A DNA stretch of 32,000 nucleotides. Source: Cupriavidus necator (GTDB taxonomy: Bacteria > Pseudomonadota > Gammaproteobacteria > Burkholderiales > Burkholderiaceae). Location: positions 900,001-932,000 of the forward strand of contig NZ_CP066018.1 of assembly GCF_016127575.1 (NCBI RefSeq), read 5' to 3'. Below, piece after piece: positions 7,742-15,486 of the stretch (positions are counted from its first letter, which is position 1; the number at the start of each line of letters is the position of its first letter). The position numbers were made by a program, and so were the translations under genes. The notes beneath the pieces were generated by a model. It had not been told where the DNA came from and searched no databases. It worked only from the letters and a program-made list of their open reading frames with translations.

Positions 7742-8325
7742 ATCCCGACGCATCCGGCACACCGCCCGCCGCACCCCCGCGCCCGCGCAGCACCACCGCC
7801 GCGTCCGCGCGGCGCAAGGCGCGAGACCCGCTTGCGCCGGATCCGGCCGCAAGCGGCGGTGCCGATGCCGGTTTCGACCCGCATGTGCCGAACATCGACT
7901 ATGGCGTGCTCGACAATCTGATCGGCTACGCCATCCGCCGCGCGCAGATCCGCATCTATGAAGATTTCGTGCTGTCGCTGGCGCAATGGCAGATCACGCC
8001 GCCGCGCTTTTCGGCGCTGATCATCATCTCGCGCAACCCGCACCTGAAGCTGACCGAACTGGCGCAGATCCTCGGCATCGCGCGCTCGGGGGCGGTGCTG
8101 CTGGTCGACGCGCTGGAAGAGATGAACCTGGTGGCACGCCGCCCGGCAGCCGGCGATCGCCGCGCCTACAGCCTGGTGCTGACGGCAGCCGGCCGCCGCA
8201 CGCTGGAAGCCGCCACGCAGGCGGTGGTGGCGCACGACGCGCACGTCGGCTCGGCGCTGAGCGAGGCCGAGCAGGCCACGCTGAAGTCGCTGCTGGCTCG
8301 GCTGGCGCCGCCGCGGGCCGGCTGA
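7738..8325 (+). CDS. MarR-family transcriptional regulator with a Pro/Ala-rich N-terminal extension
   Basis: The wHTH core is ITPPRFSALIIISRNPHLKLTELAQILGIARSGAVLLVDALEEMNLVARR...DRRAYSLVLTAAGR. Its ATG overlaps the stop of the binding-protein gene (ATGA at 7738-7741). The true start could instead be the in-frame GTG near 7883. Confidence 0.85.
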   Translation: MNPDASGTPPAAPPRPRSTTAASARRKARDPLAPDPAASGGADAGFDPHVPNIDYGVLDNLIGYAIRRAQIRIYEDFVLSLAQWQITPPRFSALIIISRNPHLKLTELAQILGIARSGAVLLVDALEEMNLVARRPAAGDRRAYSLVLTAAGRRTLEAATQAVVAHDAHVGSALSEAEQATLKSLLARLAPPRAG

Positions 8326-8373
8326 GGGCAGTCGGCAAGACTGTCATCTGCCGGCCCGCGGCCATGCGTTAAC

Positions 8374-9975
8374 ATGGCCGCCATGCCAAGAACAATCGCC
8401 GCGCCTACTGCATCGCGACCCGGCGCCCTGCTGCGCTGCCTGTCGCCACTGCTCTCGCCCATCCTTGCCGCCGTGCTGCTGGCCGGCGGTCCCGCGCCCA
8501 CCCCGGCGCAAGCCAAGGCGCCCGCCAAGACGGTCAAGGCGGCAAAAGCGGCGAAGGCCGCCACCGCCGCAAAAACCGCTGCCGATCCCGCACTGGTGAG
8601 CGCCGGCGTGCCGACCCCGGTGGCCGCGGCGCTACGCCGAGCCGGCGTGCCGGCGTCGGCCGCCAGCTTCTACGTGGTCAGGCTGGGCGCGGGCACCGCC
8701 CGCGCCAGCTGGAATGCGCAGCAGCCGATGAACCCGGCCTCGACCATGAAACTGGTCACCACCTTTGCCGGGCTGCAGCTGCTGGGGCCCGACTACCGCT
8801 GGCAGACCTCGCTCTATGCCGACGCCCAGCCCGGCTTCGACGGCACCGTCAACGGCAACGTCTACCTGCGCGGCCACGGCGATCCCAAGCTGGTGCCCGA
8901 GGAAATGGCCAAGCTGGTGGCGAAGGCGCGCGCCGGGGGCGCTACCGGCATCAACGGCGACCTGGTGCTGGACCGCAGCTACTTTGCCGATGGCCTGGAC
9001 GGCAACGGCACCATCGACGGCGAAGTGCAGCGCGCCTACAACGTCGGCCCCGATGCGCTGCTGTATGCGTTCAAGACGCTGTCATTCACGCTGACGCCGG
9101 ACCCGGCCAGCCAGACCGTGGCAGTCAGCGTCACGCCCGAGCTGGCGCAGCTCAAGCTGGACAACCGGCTCACGCTGACCAACGGCCGCTGCGGCGACTG
9201 GCAGTCCAGCGCCAGCCCGAGCGTGCTGCCGCAGGCGGACGGCACCGTGCTGGCGTCGTTCTCGGGCGACTATGCCAGCGACTGCGGCGAGCACGTGCTC
9301 AATATCGCCACGCTGTCGCATGCGGAGTTCACATGGGGCGGCTTCGTCGCCGAATGGCAGCGCGCCGGCGGGCGCTTTGCCCATATGCCCGCGCTGCGCA
9401 GCGGCAAGGTGCCGCGCGGCGCGGTGCTGCTGGCGCGCCACTACGGCCTGCCGCTGGCAGACATCGTGCGCGACATCAACAAGTTCTCGAACAACGTGAT
9501 GGCACGCCAGCTGTTCCTGACCATCGGCGCAGAAATGGACCGCGGCGGCCCGGCCAGCACCGGGCGCTCGATCCGCGTGGTGCAGCGCTGGCTGGCGCGC
9601 CAGGGGCTGGACATGCCCGGCCTGGTGCTGGACAACGGCTCGGGCCTGTCGCGCGAGGAACGCATCAGCGCCTATGACATGGCGCGCCTGCTGCAGCAGG
9701 CCGCGGCCAGCAACGTGGGGCCGGTGCTGATCGATTCGCTGCCGGTGCTGGGCGTCGACGGCACGCTGCGCAACCGCCTGACGCGCGCCAACGCGGCCGG
9801 CAACGGCTACCTGAAGACCGGCACGCTGGCCGACGTGCGCGCGCTGGCCGGCTATGTGGATGCTGCCGACGGCGGCCGCTACGTGGTGGTCAGCATGATC
9901 AACCATCCCAATGCCGCGCAGGCGCTGGAAGCACACGACGCCTTGCTGCAATGGGTGTACCGCGGCGCACCCTAA
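8374..9975 (+). CDS. dacB: D-alanyl-D-alanine carboxypeptidase/endopeptidase (PBP4)
   Basis: All three penicillin-binding motifs are present in order: STMK (NPASTMKLVT), SNN (KFSNNVMARQ) and KTG (YLKTGTLADV). It has an N-terminal signal sequence. Confidence 0.9.
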   Translation: MAAMPRTIAAPTASRPGALLRCLSPLLSPILAAVLLAGGPAPTPAQAKAPAKTVKAAKAAKAATAAKTAADPALVSAGVPTPVAAALRRAGVPASAASFYVVRLGAGTARASWNAQQPMNPASTMKLVTTFAGLQLLGPDYRWQTSLYADAQPGFDGTVNGNVYLRGHGDPKLVPEEMAKLVAKARAGGATGINGDLVLDRSYFADGLDGNGTIDGEVQRAYNVGPDALLYAFKTLSFTLTPDPASQTVAVSVTPELAQLKLDNRLTLTNGRCGDWQSSASPSVLPQADGTVLASFSGDYASDCGEHVLNIATLSHAEFTWGGFVAEWQRAGGRFAHMPALRSGKVPRGAVLLARHYGLPLADIVRDINKFSNNVMARQLFLTIGAEMDRGGPASTGRSIRVVQRWLARQGLDMPGLVLDNGSGLSREERISAYDMARLLQQAAASNVGPVLIDSLPVLGVDGTLRNRLTRANAAGNGYLKTGTLADVRALAGYVDAADGGRYVVVSMINHPNAAQALEAHDALLQWVYRGAP

Positions 9976-9987
9976 GTCCGCGCCGGG

Positions 9988-10014
9988 CAGGCCGCGGCGC
10001 GGCGCCGTGGCCTG
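9988..10014 (+). terminator. GC-rich hairpin after dacB (10-bp stem with one G-U, 7-nt loop)
   Basis: CAGGCCGCGG (9988-9997) pairs with CCGTGGCCTG (10005-10014). There is no adjacent U-tract, so terminator function is doubtful. Confidence 0.2.
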
Positions 10015-10051
10015 GCGCCAACGCCGCGGCCGCATTTTGTTAAGCGGACGC

Positions 10052-10079
10052 TTACCAGCGTCCGATCCGCCCCTATAAT
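10052..10079 (+). promoter_or_regulatory. Candidate sigma-70 promoter for azlCD (TTACCA-N16-TATAAT)
   Basis: A perfect TATAAT lies at 10074-10079 and a 4/6 -35 at 10052-10057, about 85 nt upstream of the azlC ATG. The -35 sits in the loop of a 7-bp hairpin, CGGACGC/GCGTCCG (10045-10064). Confidence 0.3.
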
Positions 10080-10164
10080 GCCAGGGTGCCGGCCGCGTCC
10101 TGCGGCGGCAGCCTTCCGGGCCGGCCCTCGGCCCCGGGCCTGCATTGCCCCCTCGCCCTCTGAC

Positions 10165-10992
10165 ATGACTTCCCGACAACCCCCGGTGTGGTTGCGCCTC
10201 TGGCATCGCTTCGCACCCGCCGAACGCGCCGGCTTTATCGACGGCGCGCGCTACTTTGCCCCGTCCCTGCCCGCGGTCTTCTCCTGGGGCCTGGTGACCG
10301 GCGTGGCAATGAGCAAATCCGTAATGACCGTGCCCGAAGCCATCGGCATGTCGCTGCTGGTCTATGCCGGCTCGGCGCAACTGGCCGTGCTGCCGCTGTT
10401 CGCCGCGGGCCTGCCGCTGTGGACCATCTGGCTGACTGCGGCCGTGGTCAACCTGCGCTTTGTGATCTTCAGCGCCGGCATGCAGCCGCACTTCAGCTAC
10501 ATGCCGCTATGGCGGCGCACCATCCTGGGCTCGTTCAACGGCGACCTGCACTTCGTCTACTTCCTGCAGAAGTACAGCACGCCCGGCTACGAGCCCGGCA
10601 AGGAAGGCTACTTCTGGGGCATGGCGCTGACCAACTTCTGCATGTGGCAGCTGTCGTCGATCATCGGCATCGTGCTGGCCAGTCTGTTCCCCGACAGCTG
10701 GGGCCTGGGGCTGGCCGGCACCATGGCGCTGATCCCGGTGATGATCGCCACCATCAACTCGCGCTCGACGCTGCTGGCAGTGGTGGTGTCGGCGGTGCTG
10801 GCGCTGCTTTGCTTCGATTTGCCGTACCGTCTCAGCCTGGTGGTGGCAGTGGTGGGCGCGATTGCCGCCGGCATGGCCAGCGACGACTTGGCCGCGCGCG
10901 CGGCACTGCGCGGCATCCGCCGGCGCAAGCCCAAGGCCCCCGAGGTCACCAACGCCGCCGCGCCGGAAACGCCGCCGGGAGACCGCGCATGA
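10165..10992 (+). CDS. azlC: AzlC-family branched-chain amino acid export permease
   Basis: It is a polytopic membrane protein (GSAQLAVLPLFAAGLPLW, NLRFVIFSAGM). It is translationally coupled (ATGA) to a small AzlD-like gene. The start is taken at ATG 10165 (MTSRQPP), not the track start at 10078. Confidence 0.85.
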   Translation: MTSRQPPVWLRLWHRFAPAERAGFIDGARYFAPSLPAVFSWGLVTGVAMSKSVMTVPEAIGMSLLVYAGSAQLAVLPLFAAGLPLWTIWLTAAVVNLRFVIFSAGMQPHFSYMPLWRRTILGSFNGDLHFVYFLQKYSTPGYEPGKEGYFWGMALTNFCMWQLSSIIGIVLASLFPDSWGLGLAGTMALIPVMIATINSRSTLLAVVVSAVLALLCFDLPYRLSLVVAVVGAIAAGMASDDLAARAALRGIRRRKPKAPEVTNAAAPETPPGDRA

Positions 10993-11315
10993 GCCATCTT
11001 GAAATCTGGATTGCCATCCTTGGCATGGCGGTCGTCACCATCGTCACGCGCGCGCTGTTCCTGATGGCCGGCGAGCATGTCACCGTGCCCGACCGCATCG
11101 CGCGGGCGCTGCGCTATGCACCGGCCGCGGCGCTGGCGGCGATCATCCTGCCGGACCTGATGACCTGGCAGGGGCATTTCACGGTGGCGTTCTCCAACGA
11201 CAAGCTGATGGCGGGGATTGCGGCCACGCTGTTCTACCTGCTGACGCGGAAGATGGTGGGGATGATCGTGGTGGGGATGGCGGTGTATACGGCGCTGAGG
11301 CTGCTGGGCGGCTGA
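10989..11315 (+). CDS. azlD: AzlD-family small membrane protein (branched-chain amino acid transport)
   Basis: It is a 108-aa hydrophobic protein (MSHLEIWIAILGMAVVTIVTRALFLMAG...). Its ATG at 10989 overlaps the azlC TGA at 10990-10992. The track ORF 10188..11315 is the same frame over-extended. Confidence 0.85.
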   Translation: MSHLEIWIAILGMAVVTIVTRALFLMAGEHVTVPDRIARALRYAPAAALAAIILPDLMTWQGHFTVAFSNDKLMAGIAATLFYLLTRKMVGMIVVGMAVYTALRLLGG

Positions 11316-11339
11316 ATTGGCGGCATCGTGCTTGGCACA

Positions 11340-11389
11340 CGCCGGCCCTCTTCCTGGCTCCTCTCCCGCACGCGGGAGAGGGAGCAAAC
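11340..11389 (-). repeat. REP-like element, copy A1 (reverse orientation)
   Basis: The reverse complement reads GTTTGCTCCCTCTCCCGCGTGCGGGAGAGGAGCCAGGAAGAGGGCCGGCG. It aligns along its whole length with copies A2, B1 and B2, and has an internal hairpin TCTCCCGC/GCGGGAGA. Confidence 0.7.
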
Positions 11390-11430
11390 CGGCAGGTTAT
11401 TTGCACCGCATGAGTCAGGAACCACCGCCT

Positions 11431-11479
11431 GTGTGCTCCCTCTCCCGCTTGCGGGAGAGGGTTGGGGAGAGGGCCGGAG
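11431..11479 (+). repeat. REP-like element, copy A2 (forward orientation)
   Basis: The sequence is GTGTGCTCCCTCTCCCGCTTGCGGGAGAGGGTTGGGGAGAGGGCCGGAG, with an internal near-perfect palindrome CCCTCTCCCGC/GCGGGAGAGGG. It lies in the convergent azlD/sua5 spacer. Confidence 0.7.
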
Positions 11480-11517
11480 CTTCAACGAAGTAAAGCCCCC
11501 AGGCAAGCCACCGCCCC

Positions 11518-12507
11518 CTATCCCCCAAACGCCGCCGCCGCCCGCTCCAGCCGATCCCGCACCCCCGCCCAATCCTGCCCTTCAGGCAACACCTCGAACA
11601 TCAGCTGCGTATAGCCCTGCTTGTCGAGCTTGCGCAGCAAGCGGTAAAGCTCGCGCGCATAGGCCGCCGCATCCGCAGGCGCCTGCACCCAGGTACAGCG
11701 CTGGTCCACCAGCGGCGCCCGGCCGACCCACGCCACGCGGGCATCGTCCGGCAGCGAGGCCAGCTGCGCCGAAGCTGCTTGCGCATCGGCCAGCAGCAGC
11801 GGTGTGTGCGGCGCGTAGTGAGCCTTGAGCGTGCCTGAAGCCCGCGGCGCGGCCGCGTCGGGCGGCAGCGGGGCCGCGCCCAGTACCTGCGCCATCATCG
11901 CCGCGGTGATCGCCCCCGGCCGCAGCAGCACCGGGCCGATGCCCTGGTCCAGCCGCGACAGGTCGACGATGGTCGATTCGATACCGACCTCCACGCCATC
12001 GCCTTCCAGCACATAGACCGCATCGCCGAATTCATCGCGCACATGCTGCGCGGTGGTCGGGCTGACCTGGCCGAACTTGTTGGCCGACGGCGCGGCAATG
12101 CCGCCGCGGCCGCGCTTGAAGCGCGCCAGCAGCGCCTGCGCCACGGGGTGCGAGGGGCAACGCACGCCAATGCTGTCCTGGCCGCCGGCGACGGCCGGAT
12201 GGATATGCGCGGCGCGCTTCAGGATCAGCGTCAGCGGGCCGGGCCAGAACGCGTCGATCAGTTGCTGCGCTGCCTCGGGGACCTCGTCGGTCCAGTAGCC
12301 GATATCGGCGCCGTCCACCACGTGGACGATCACCGGATGGTTCGACGGCCGGCCCTTGAGCGCGAAGATGCGGGCGACCGCCTCGGGGTTCTCGGCATCC
12401 GCACCGAGCCCGTAGACGGTTTCGGTGGGAAAGGCGACCAGTTGCCCGGCCTCGAGCAGGCGGACGGCTTCGTCCAGTTCAGCGGCCGTGGGCATGCGCG
12501 GCGACAT
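11518..12507 (-). CDS. L-threonylcarbamoyladenylate synthase, long Sua5/YwlC type (t6A biosynthesis)
   Basis: It has the YrdC-domain motifs VAFPTETVYGLGADA and KGRPSNHPVIVHV, plus a C-terminal Sua5 domain (329 aa). ATG 12507 is preceded by AAGGAA. It starts 22 nt after the purK stop. Confidence 0.9.
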   Translation of the reverse strand: MSPRMPTAAELDEAVRLLEAGQLVAFPTETVYGLGADAENPEAVARIFALKGRPSNHPVIVHVVDGADIGYWTDEVPEAAQQLIDAFWPGPLTLILKRAAHIHPAVAGGQDSIGVRCPSHPVAQALLARFKRGRGGIAAPSANKFGQVSPTTAQHVRDEFGDAVYVLEGDGVEVGIESTIVDLSRLDQGIGPVLLRPGAITAAMMAQVLGAAPLPPDAAAPRASGTLKAHYAPHTPLLLADAQAASAQLASLPDDARVAWVGRAPLVDQRCTWVQAPADAAAYARELYRLLRKLDKQGYTQLMFEVLPEGQDWAGVRDRLERAAAAFGG

Positions 12508-12529
12508 CGTGTTCCTTGGAGCTATGGCT

Positions 12530-13774
12530 TCAGAGCGGGATATGCAGCGCCTGCGCGGCGGCGGCAAAGGCGGCGTCGGCCGCTTCGGCATGCTCGCCCA
12601 CGCAGTTGACGTGGCCCATCTTGCGCGACGGGCGCGCATCGCCCTTGCCGTACAGGTGCAGCTTGGCGCCGGGTTGCGCCACCACCTCGTCCCAGGAAGG
12701 CGTACGCTCCAGGCCGAACTCGAACCACACGTCGCCCAGCAGATTCAGCATCTTGCCGGCCGAGTGCTGGCGCGTGCTGCCCAGCGGCAGCCGCGCCATG
12801 GCGCGCACCTGCTGTTCGAACTGGCTGGTCTCGCACGCATCCATGGTGATATGGCCGGAGTTGTGCGGGCGCGGCGCCATCTCGTTGGCGACCAGCGAGC
12901 CGTCGGTCAGCACGAAGAACTCGATGCACAGCACGCCGACGTAGCCCATCTCCGTGGCGATGGCAGCCGCTGCGGCACGCGCGCGGTCGGCGATCTCGGG
13001 CGACACGCTGGTCGACGGCATCACCGTCGAGAACAGGATGCCGTCGCGGTGCACGTTCTCGGCCAGCGGCCAGGTGGCGGTGGAGCCGTCCGCGGCACGC
13101 GCGGCCAGCACCGAGACCTCATAAGCCAGCGGCAGCATCTGCTCCAGCACGCACGGCACATGCTGCATGGCGTTCCAGGCGGCGCGCACGTCGTCGCGCG
13201 TCTTCACGCGCGCCTGGCCCTTGCCGTCGTAGCCCATGCGCGCGGTCTTGAGGATGCCGGGCAGCACGTGGTCGGGCAGCTGGTCGACATCGGCATCGTG
13301 CTGGATCACCCAGTGCGGGGCCGGCGACACGCCGGTGCGCTCGGCGCACGCGGCAAAGAACTTCTTCTCGCCGATGCGGTTCTGCGCGATCGACACGCAG
13401 TAGCCGCGCGGCGCGACAAAGGCGCCCAGCTGCTCGAGCCGGTCCAGCGACAGCGACGGCACGTTCTCGAACTCGGTGCTTACCGCCTGGCACAGCTTGC
13501 CCATCTCGGCCAGCGCGGCCTCGTCGGTGTATTGCGCACAGATATGCTTGTCCGCCACCGAACCGGCCGGGCTGTCCTGGTCCGGATCGAGCACGCATAC
13601 GCGATAGCCCATCGCCTGCGCCGCATGCGTGAACATGCGGCCGAGCTGGCCGCCACCCAGCATGCCGAGCCACGCACCAGGCAGGATGGGCGCGTCGGGA
13701 CGGTCGACGCCGAACTCGGCGCGCGATTCCGGCGTGTGGGCTTCGGAGAGATAGGGATGGATATCGGTGGGCAT
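12530..13774 (-). CDS. purK: 5-(carboxyamino)imidazole ribonucleotide synthase
   Basis: It has an ATP-grasp protein signature ([25 protein letters not shown]...[12 protein letters not shown]) and lies immediately downstream of purE. Confidence 0.95.
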   Translation of the reverse strand: MPTDIHPYLSEAHTPESRAEFGVDRPDAPILPGAWLGMLGGGQLGRMFTHAAQAMGYRVCVLDPDQDSPAGSVADKHICAQYTDEAALAEMGKLCQAVSTEFENVPSLSLDRLEQLGAFVAPRGYCVSIAQNRIGEKKFFAACAERTGVSPAPHWVIQHDADVDQLPDHVLPGILKTARMGYDGKGQARVKTRDDVRAAWNAMQHVPCVLEQMLPLAYEVSVLAARAADGSTATWPLAENVHRDGILFSTVMPSTSVSPEIADRARAAAAAIATEMGYVGVLCIEFFVLTDGSLVANEMAPRPHNSGHITMDACETSQFEQQVRAMARLPLGSTRQHSAGKMLNLLGDVWFEFGLERTPSWDEVVAQPGAKLHLYGKGDARPSRKMGHVNCVGEHAEAADAAFAAAAQALHIPL

Positions 13775-13816
13775 TGCTAGGTTCCGTGGGATGTCCGGAT
13801 GATTACAGCGGCAGCA

Positions 13817-14314
13817 TTACAGTGGCAAAGTCATCGCGCGCGCGGCTTCGGTCTGCTTCGCGCGGAATGCTTCCAGCGCGCCGGCCAGCGCCTCGTCGGT
13901 GGTGGCCAGCGTGGCGATCGCGTGCAGCGCGGCATTGGCGGCACCGGCCTCGCCGATGGCGAAGGTGGCCACCGGCACGCCCTTGGGCATCTGCACGATC
14001 GACAGCAGCGAATCCTCGCCGCGCAGGTACTTGGACGGCACCGGCACGCCGAACACCGGCACGATGGTCTTGGCGGCGATCATGCCGGGCAGGTGCGCGG
14101 CGCCGCCGGCACCGGCGATGATGGCGCGGATGCCGCGGCTGCGCGCGCTCTCGGCATAGCGGAACATGTCGTCCGCCATGCGGTGCGCGGACACCACCTG
14201 GGCTTCGAACGGCACGCCGAAATCCTTCAGCATGGCCACTGCGTGCTGCATCACGTCCCAGTCGGAACTGCTGCCCATCACCACGCCGACCAGCGGCTTG
14301 TCTTGCTTGCTCAC
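13817..14314 (-). CDS. purE: 5-(carboxyamino)imidazole ribonucleotide mutase
   Basis: Motifs present are [18 protein letters not shown] and [13 protein letters not shown]. The start is GTG at 14312-14314, preceded by AAGGA. The track ORF runs further upstream into REP sequence. Confidence 0.93.
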   Translation of the reverse strand: MSKQDKPLVGVVMGSSSDWDVMQHAVAMLKDFGVPFEAQVVSAHRMADDMFRYAESARSRGIRAIIAGAGGAAHLPGMIAAKTIVPVFGVPVPSKYLRGEDSLLSIVQMPKGVPVATFAIGEAGAANAALHAIATLATTDEALAGALEAFRAKQTEAARAMTLPL

Positions 14315-14329
14315 TTCAGATCCTTGATT

Positions 14330-14381
14330 GTTTGCTCCCCTCTCCCGCTTGCGGGAGAGGGGCCGGGGGAGAGGGCTGGCG
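14330..14381 (+). repeat. REP-like element, copy B1 (forward orientation)
   Basis: The sequence is GTTTGCTCCCCTCTCCCGCTTGCGGGAGAGGGGCCGGGGGAGAGGGCTGGCG, with a 12-bp palindrome CCCCTCTCCCGC/GCGGGAGAGGGG. On the plus strand it begins 16 nt beyond the purE start codon (14314), i.e. just upstream of purE on the coding strand. Confidence 0.7.
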
Positions 14382-14408
14382 TTTCCCGACGCGTGGCGCC
14401 TTGCTAAA

Positions 14409-14455
14409 CCACCCCTCTCCCCGGCTCTCTCCCGCTGAGGGGAGAGGGAGAACAC
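14409..14455 (-). repeat. REP-like element, copy B2 (reverse orientation)
   Basis: The reverse complement reads GTGTTCTCCCTCTCCCCTCAGCGGGAGAGAGCCGGGGAGAGGGGTGG. It forms an inverted pair with B1 inside the purC-purE spacer. Confidence 0.7.
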
Positions 14456-14473
14456 CGTCGGGAAATTGATAAC

Positions 14474-15382
14474 TTACTGCAGTTCTTCGCCCGTCAGACG
14501 CGTCAGCGCTTCACGGTACTTGGCGGCGGTCTTTTCGATCACCTCGTCCGGCAGTTGCGGCGCCGGCGCGGTCTTGGGCCAGGGCTTGCCGTCGATGCGC
14601 ACGGCTTCCAGCCAGTCGCGCACGAACTGCTTGTCGAACGACGGCGGGTTGGTGCCCACCTGGTAGGAATCGGCCGGCCAGAAGCGCGACGAATCGGCGG
14701 TCAGGACCTCGTCCATCAGCGTCAGCACGCCATTGTCGTCCAGGCCGAACTCGAACTTGGTATCGGCGATGATGATGCCGCGCGTGGCCGCAAACTCGGC
14801 CGCTTCCTTGTACAGGCGGATCGAGATATCGCGCATCTGGCGCGCCAGCGCGATGCCGATGCGGGCCTCGACTTCGGCGAACGAGATGTTCTCGTCGTGC
14901 TCGCCCATCTCGGCCTTGGCGGCCGGGGTGAAGATCGGCTCGGGCAGCTTTTGCGCGTTCTGCAGGCCGGCGGGCAGCTCGATCCCGCACACCTTGCCGG
15001 TGGCCTGGTAGTCCTTCCAGCCGCTGCCGGCGAGATAGCCGCGCACCACGGCTTCGACCAGGATCGGCCGCAGGCGCTTGACCACCACGGCGCGGCCCTT
15101 GACCTGCTCCACTTCCTCCGGCGCGACCACGGTCTCGGGCGCGATGCCGGTCTCGTGGTTCGGCACGATGTGCGCGAGCTTGCGGAACCAGAAGTTCGCC
15201 ATCTGGTTCAGCACGCGGCCCTTGTCGGGGATCGGCTCGCCCATGATGACGTCGAACGCCGACAGGCGGTCAGTGGTGACGATCAGCAGCTTGTCATTGC
15301 CGACGGCATAGTTGTCGCGCACTTTGCCGTGGCCCAGCAGCGGCAGCGAGTTGATGGAGGACTGGTAGAGAGCGTTGGACAT
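14474..15382 (-). CDS. purC: Phosphoribosylaminoimidazole-succinocarboxamide (SAICAR) synthase
   Basis: Motifs present are [26 protein letters not shown] and DSSRFWP (302 aa). The start is at CAT 15380-15382; the track ORF is over-extended upstream. Confidence 0.95.
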   Translation of the reverse strand: MSNALYQSSINSLPLLGHGKVRDNYAVGNDKLLIVTTDRLSAFDVIMGEPIPDKGRVLNQMANFWFRKLAHIVPNHETGIAPETVVAPEEVEQVKGRAVVVKRLRPILVEAVVRGYLAGSGWKDYQATGKVCGIELPAGLQNAQKLPEPIFTPAAKAEMGEHDENISFAEVEARIGIALARQMRDISIRLYKEAAEFAATRGIIIADTKFEFGLDDNGVLTLMDEVLTADSSRFWPADSYQVGTNPPSFDKQFVRDWLEAVRIDGKPWPKTAPAPQLPDEVIEKTAAKYREALTRLTGEELQ

Positions 15383-15448
15383 GATGGTTCCGATAAAACG
15401 GCGAAGCCGCCGGGCGCTGGATGCGTGCCGCGGCGGCCGGAACTGCAA

Positions 15449-15476
15449 TCCGCCTTCCCCTAGCGCGGAAGGCGGA
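15449..15476 (-). terminator. Hairpin 11 nt downstream of the fba stop (10-bp perfect stem, 8-nt loop)
   Basis: TCCGCCTTCC (15449-15458) pairs with GGAAGGCGGA (15467-15476). On the minus strand it is followed by UUGCAGUUCC, a weak U-tract. An alternative CCCTAG/CTAGGG pairing overlaps it. Confidence 0.35.
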
Positions 15477-15486
15477 CTAGGGACAT

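Noticed and set aside
5336-7852. An 838-aa minus-strand ORF spanning the hydroxylase and binding-protein genes.
   Set aside because: It crosses two well-supported plus-strand genes and their spacer. The translation is Arg/Gly/Ala-rich with no recognisable domain. It is a high-GC antisense artefact.
13801-13830. A near-duplicate TTACAGCGGCAGCA / TTACAGTGGCAAAG at the purE stop.
   Set aside because: It is a short imperfect 8-9 nt similarity at a gene end, with no structural or functional implication that I can support.
11340-14455. Repeated GGGAGAGGG-containing units, considered as a possible CRISPR array or the ends of a mobile element bracketing sua5-purK-purE.
   Set aside because: There are only four copies, in two inverted pairs 2.9 kb apart, with no regular repeat-spacer periodicity. 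There are no cas genes, transposase or target-site duplication. The enclosed genes are core and in the usual pur-cluster order. The pattern fits REP elements instead.
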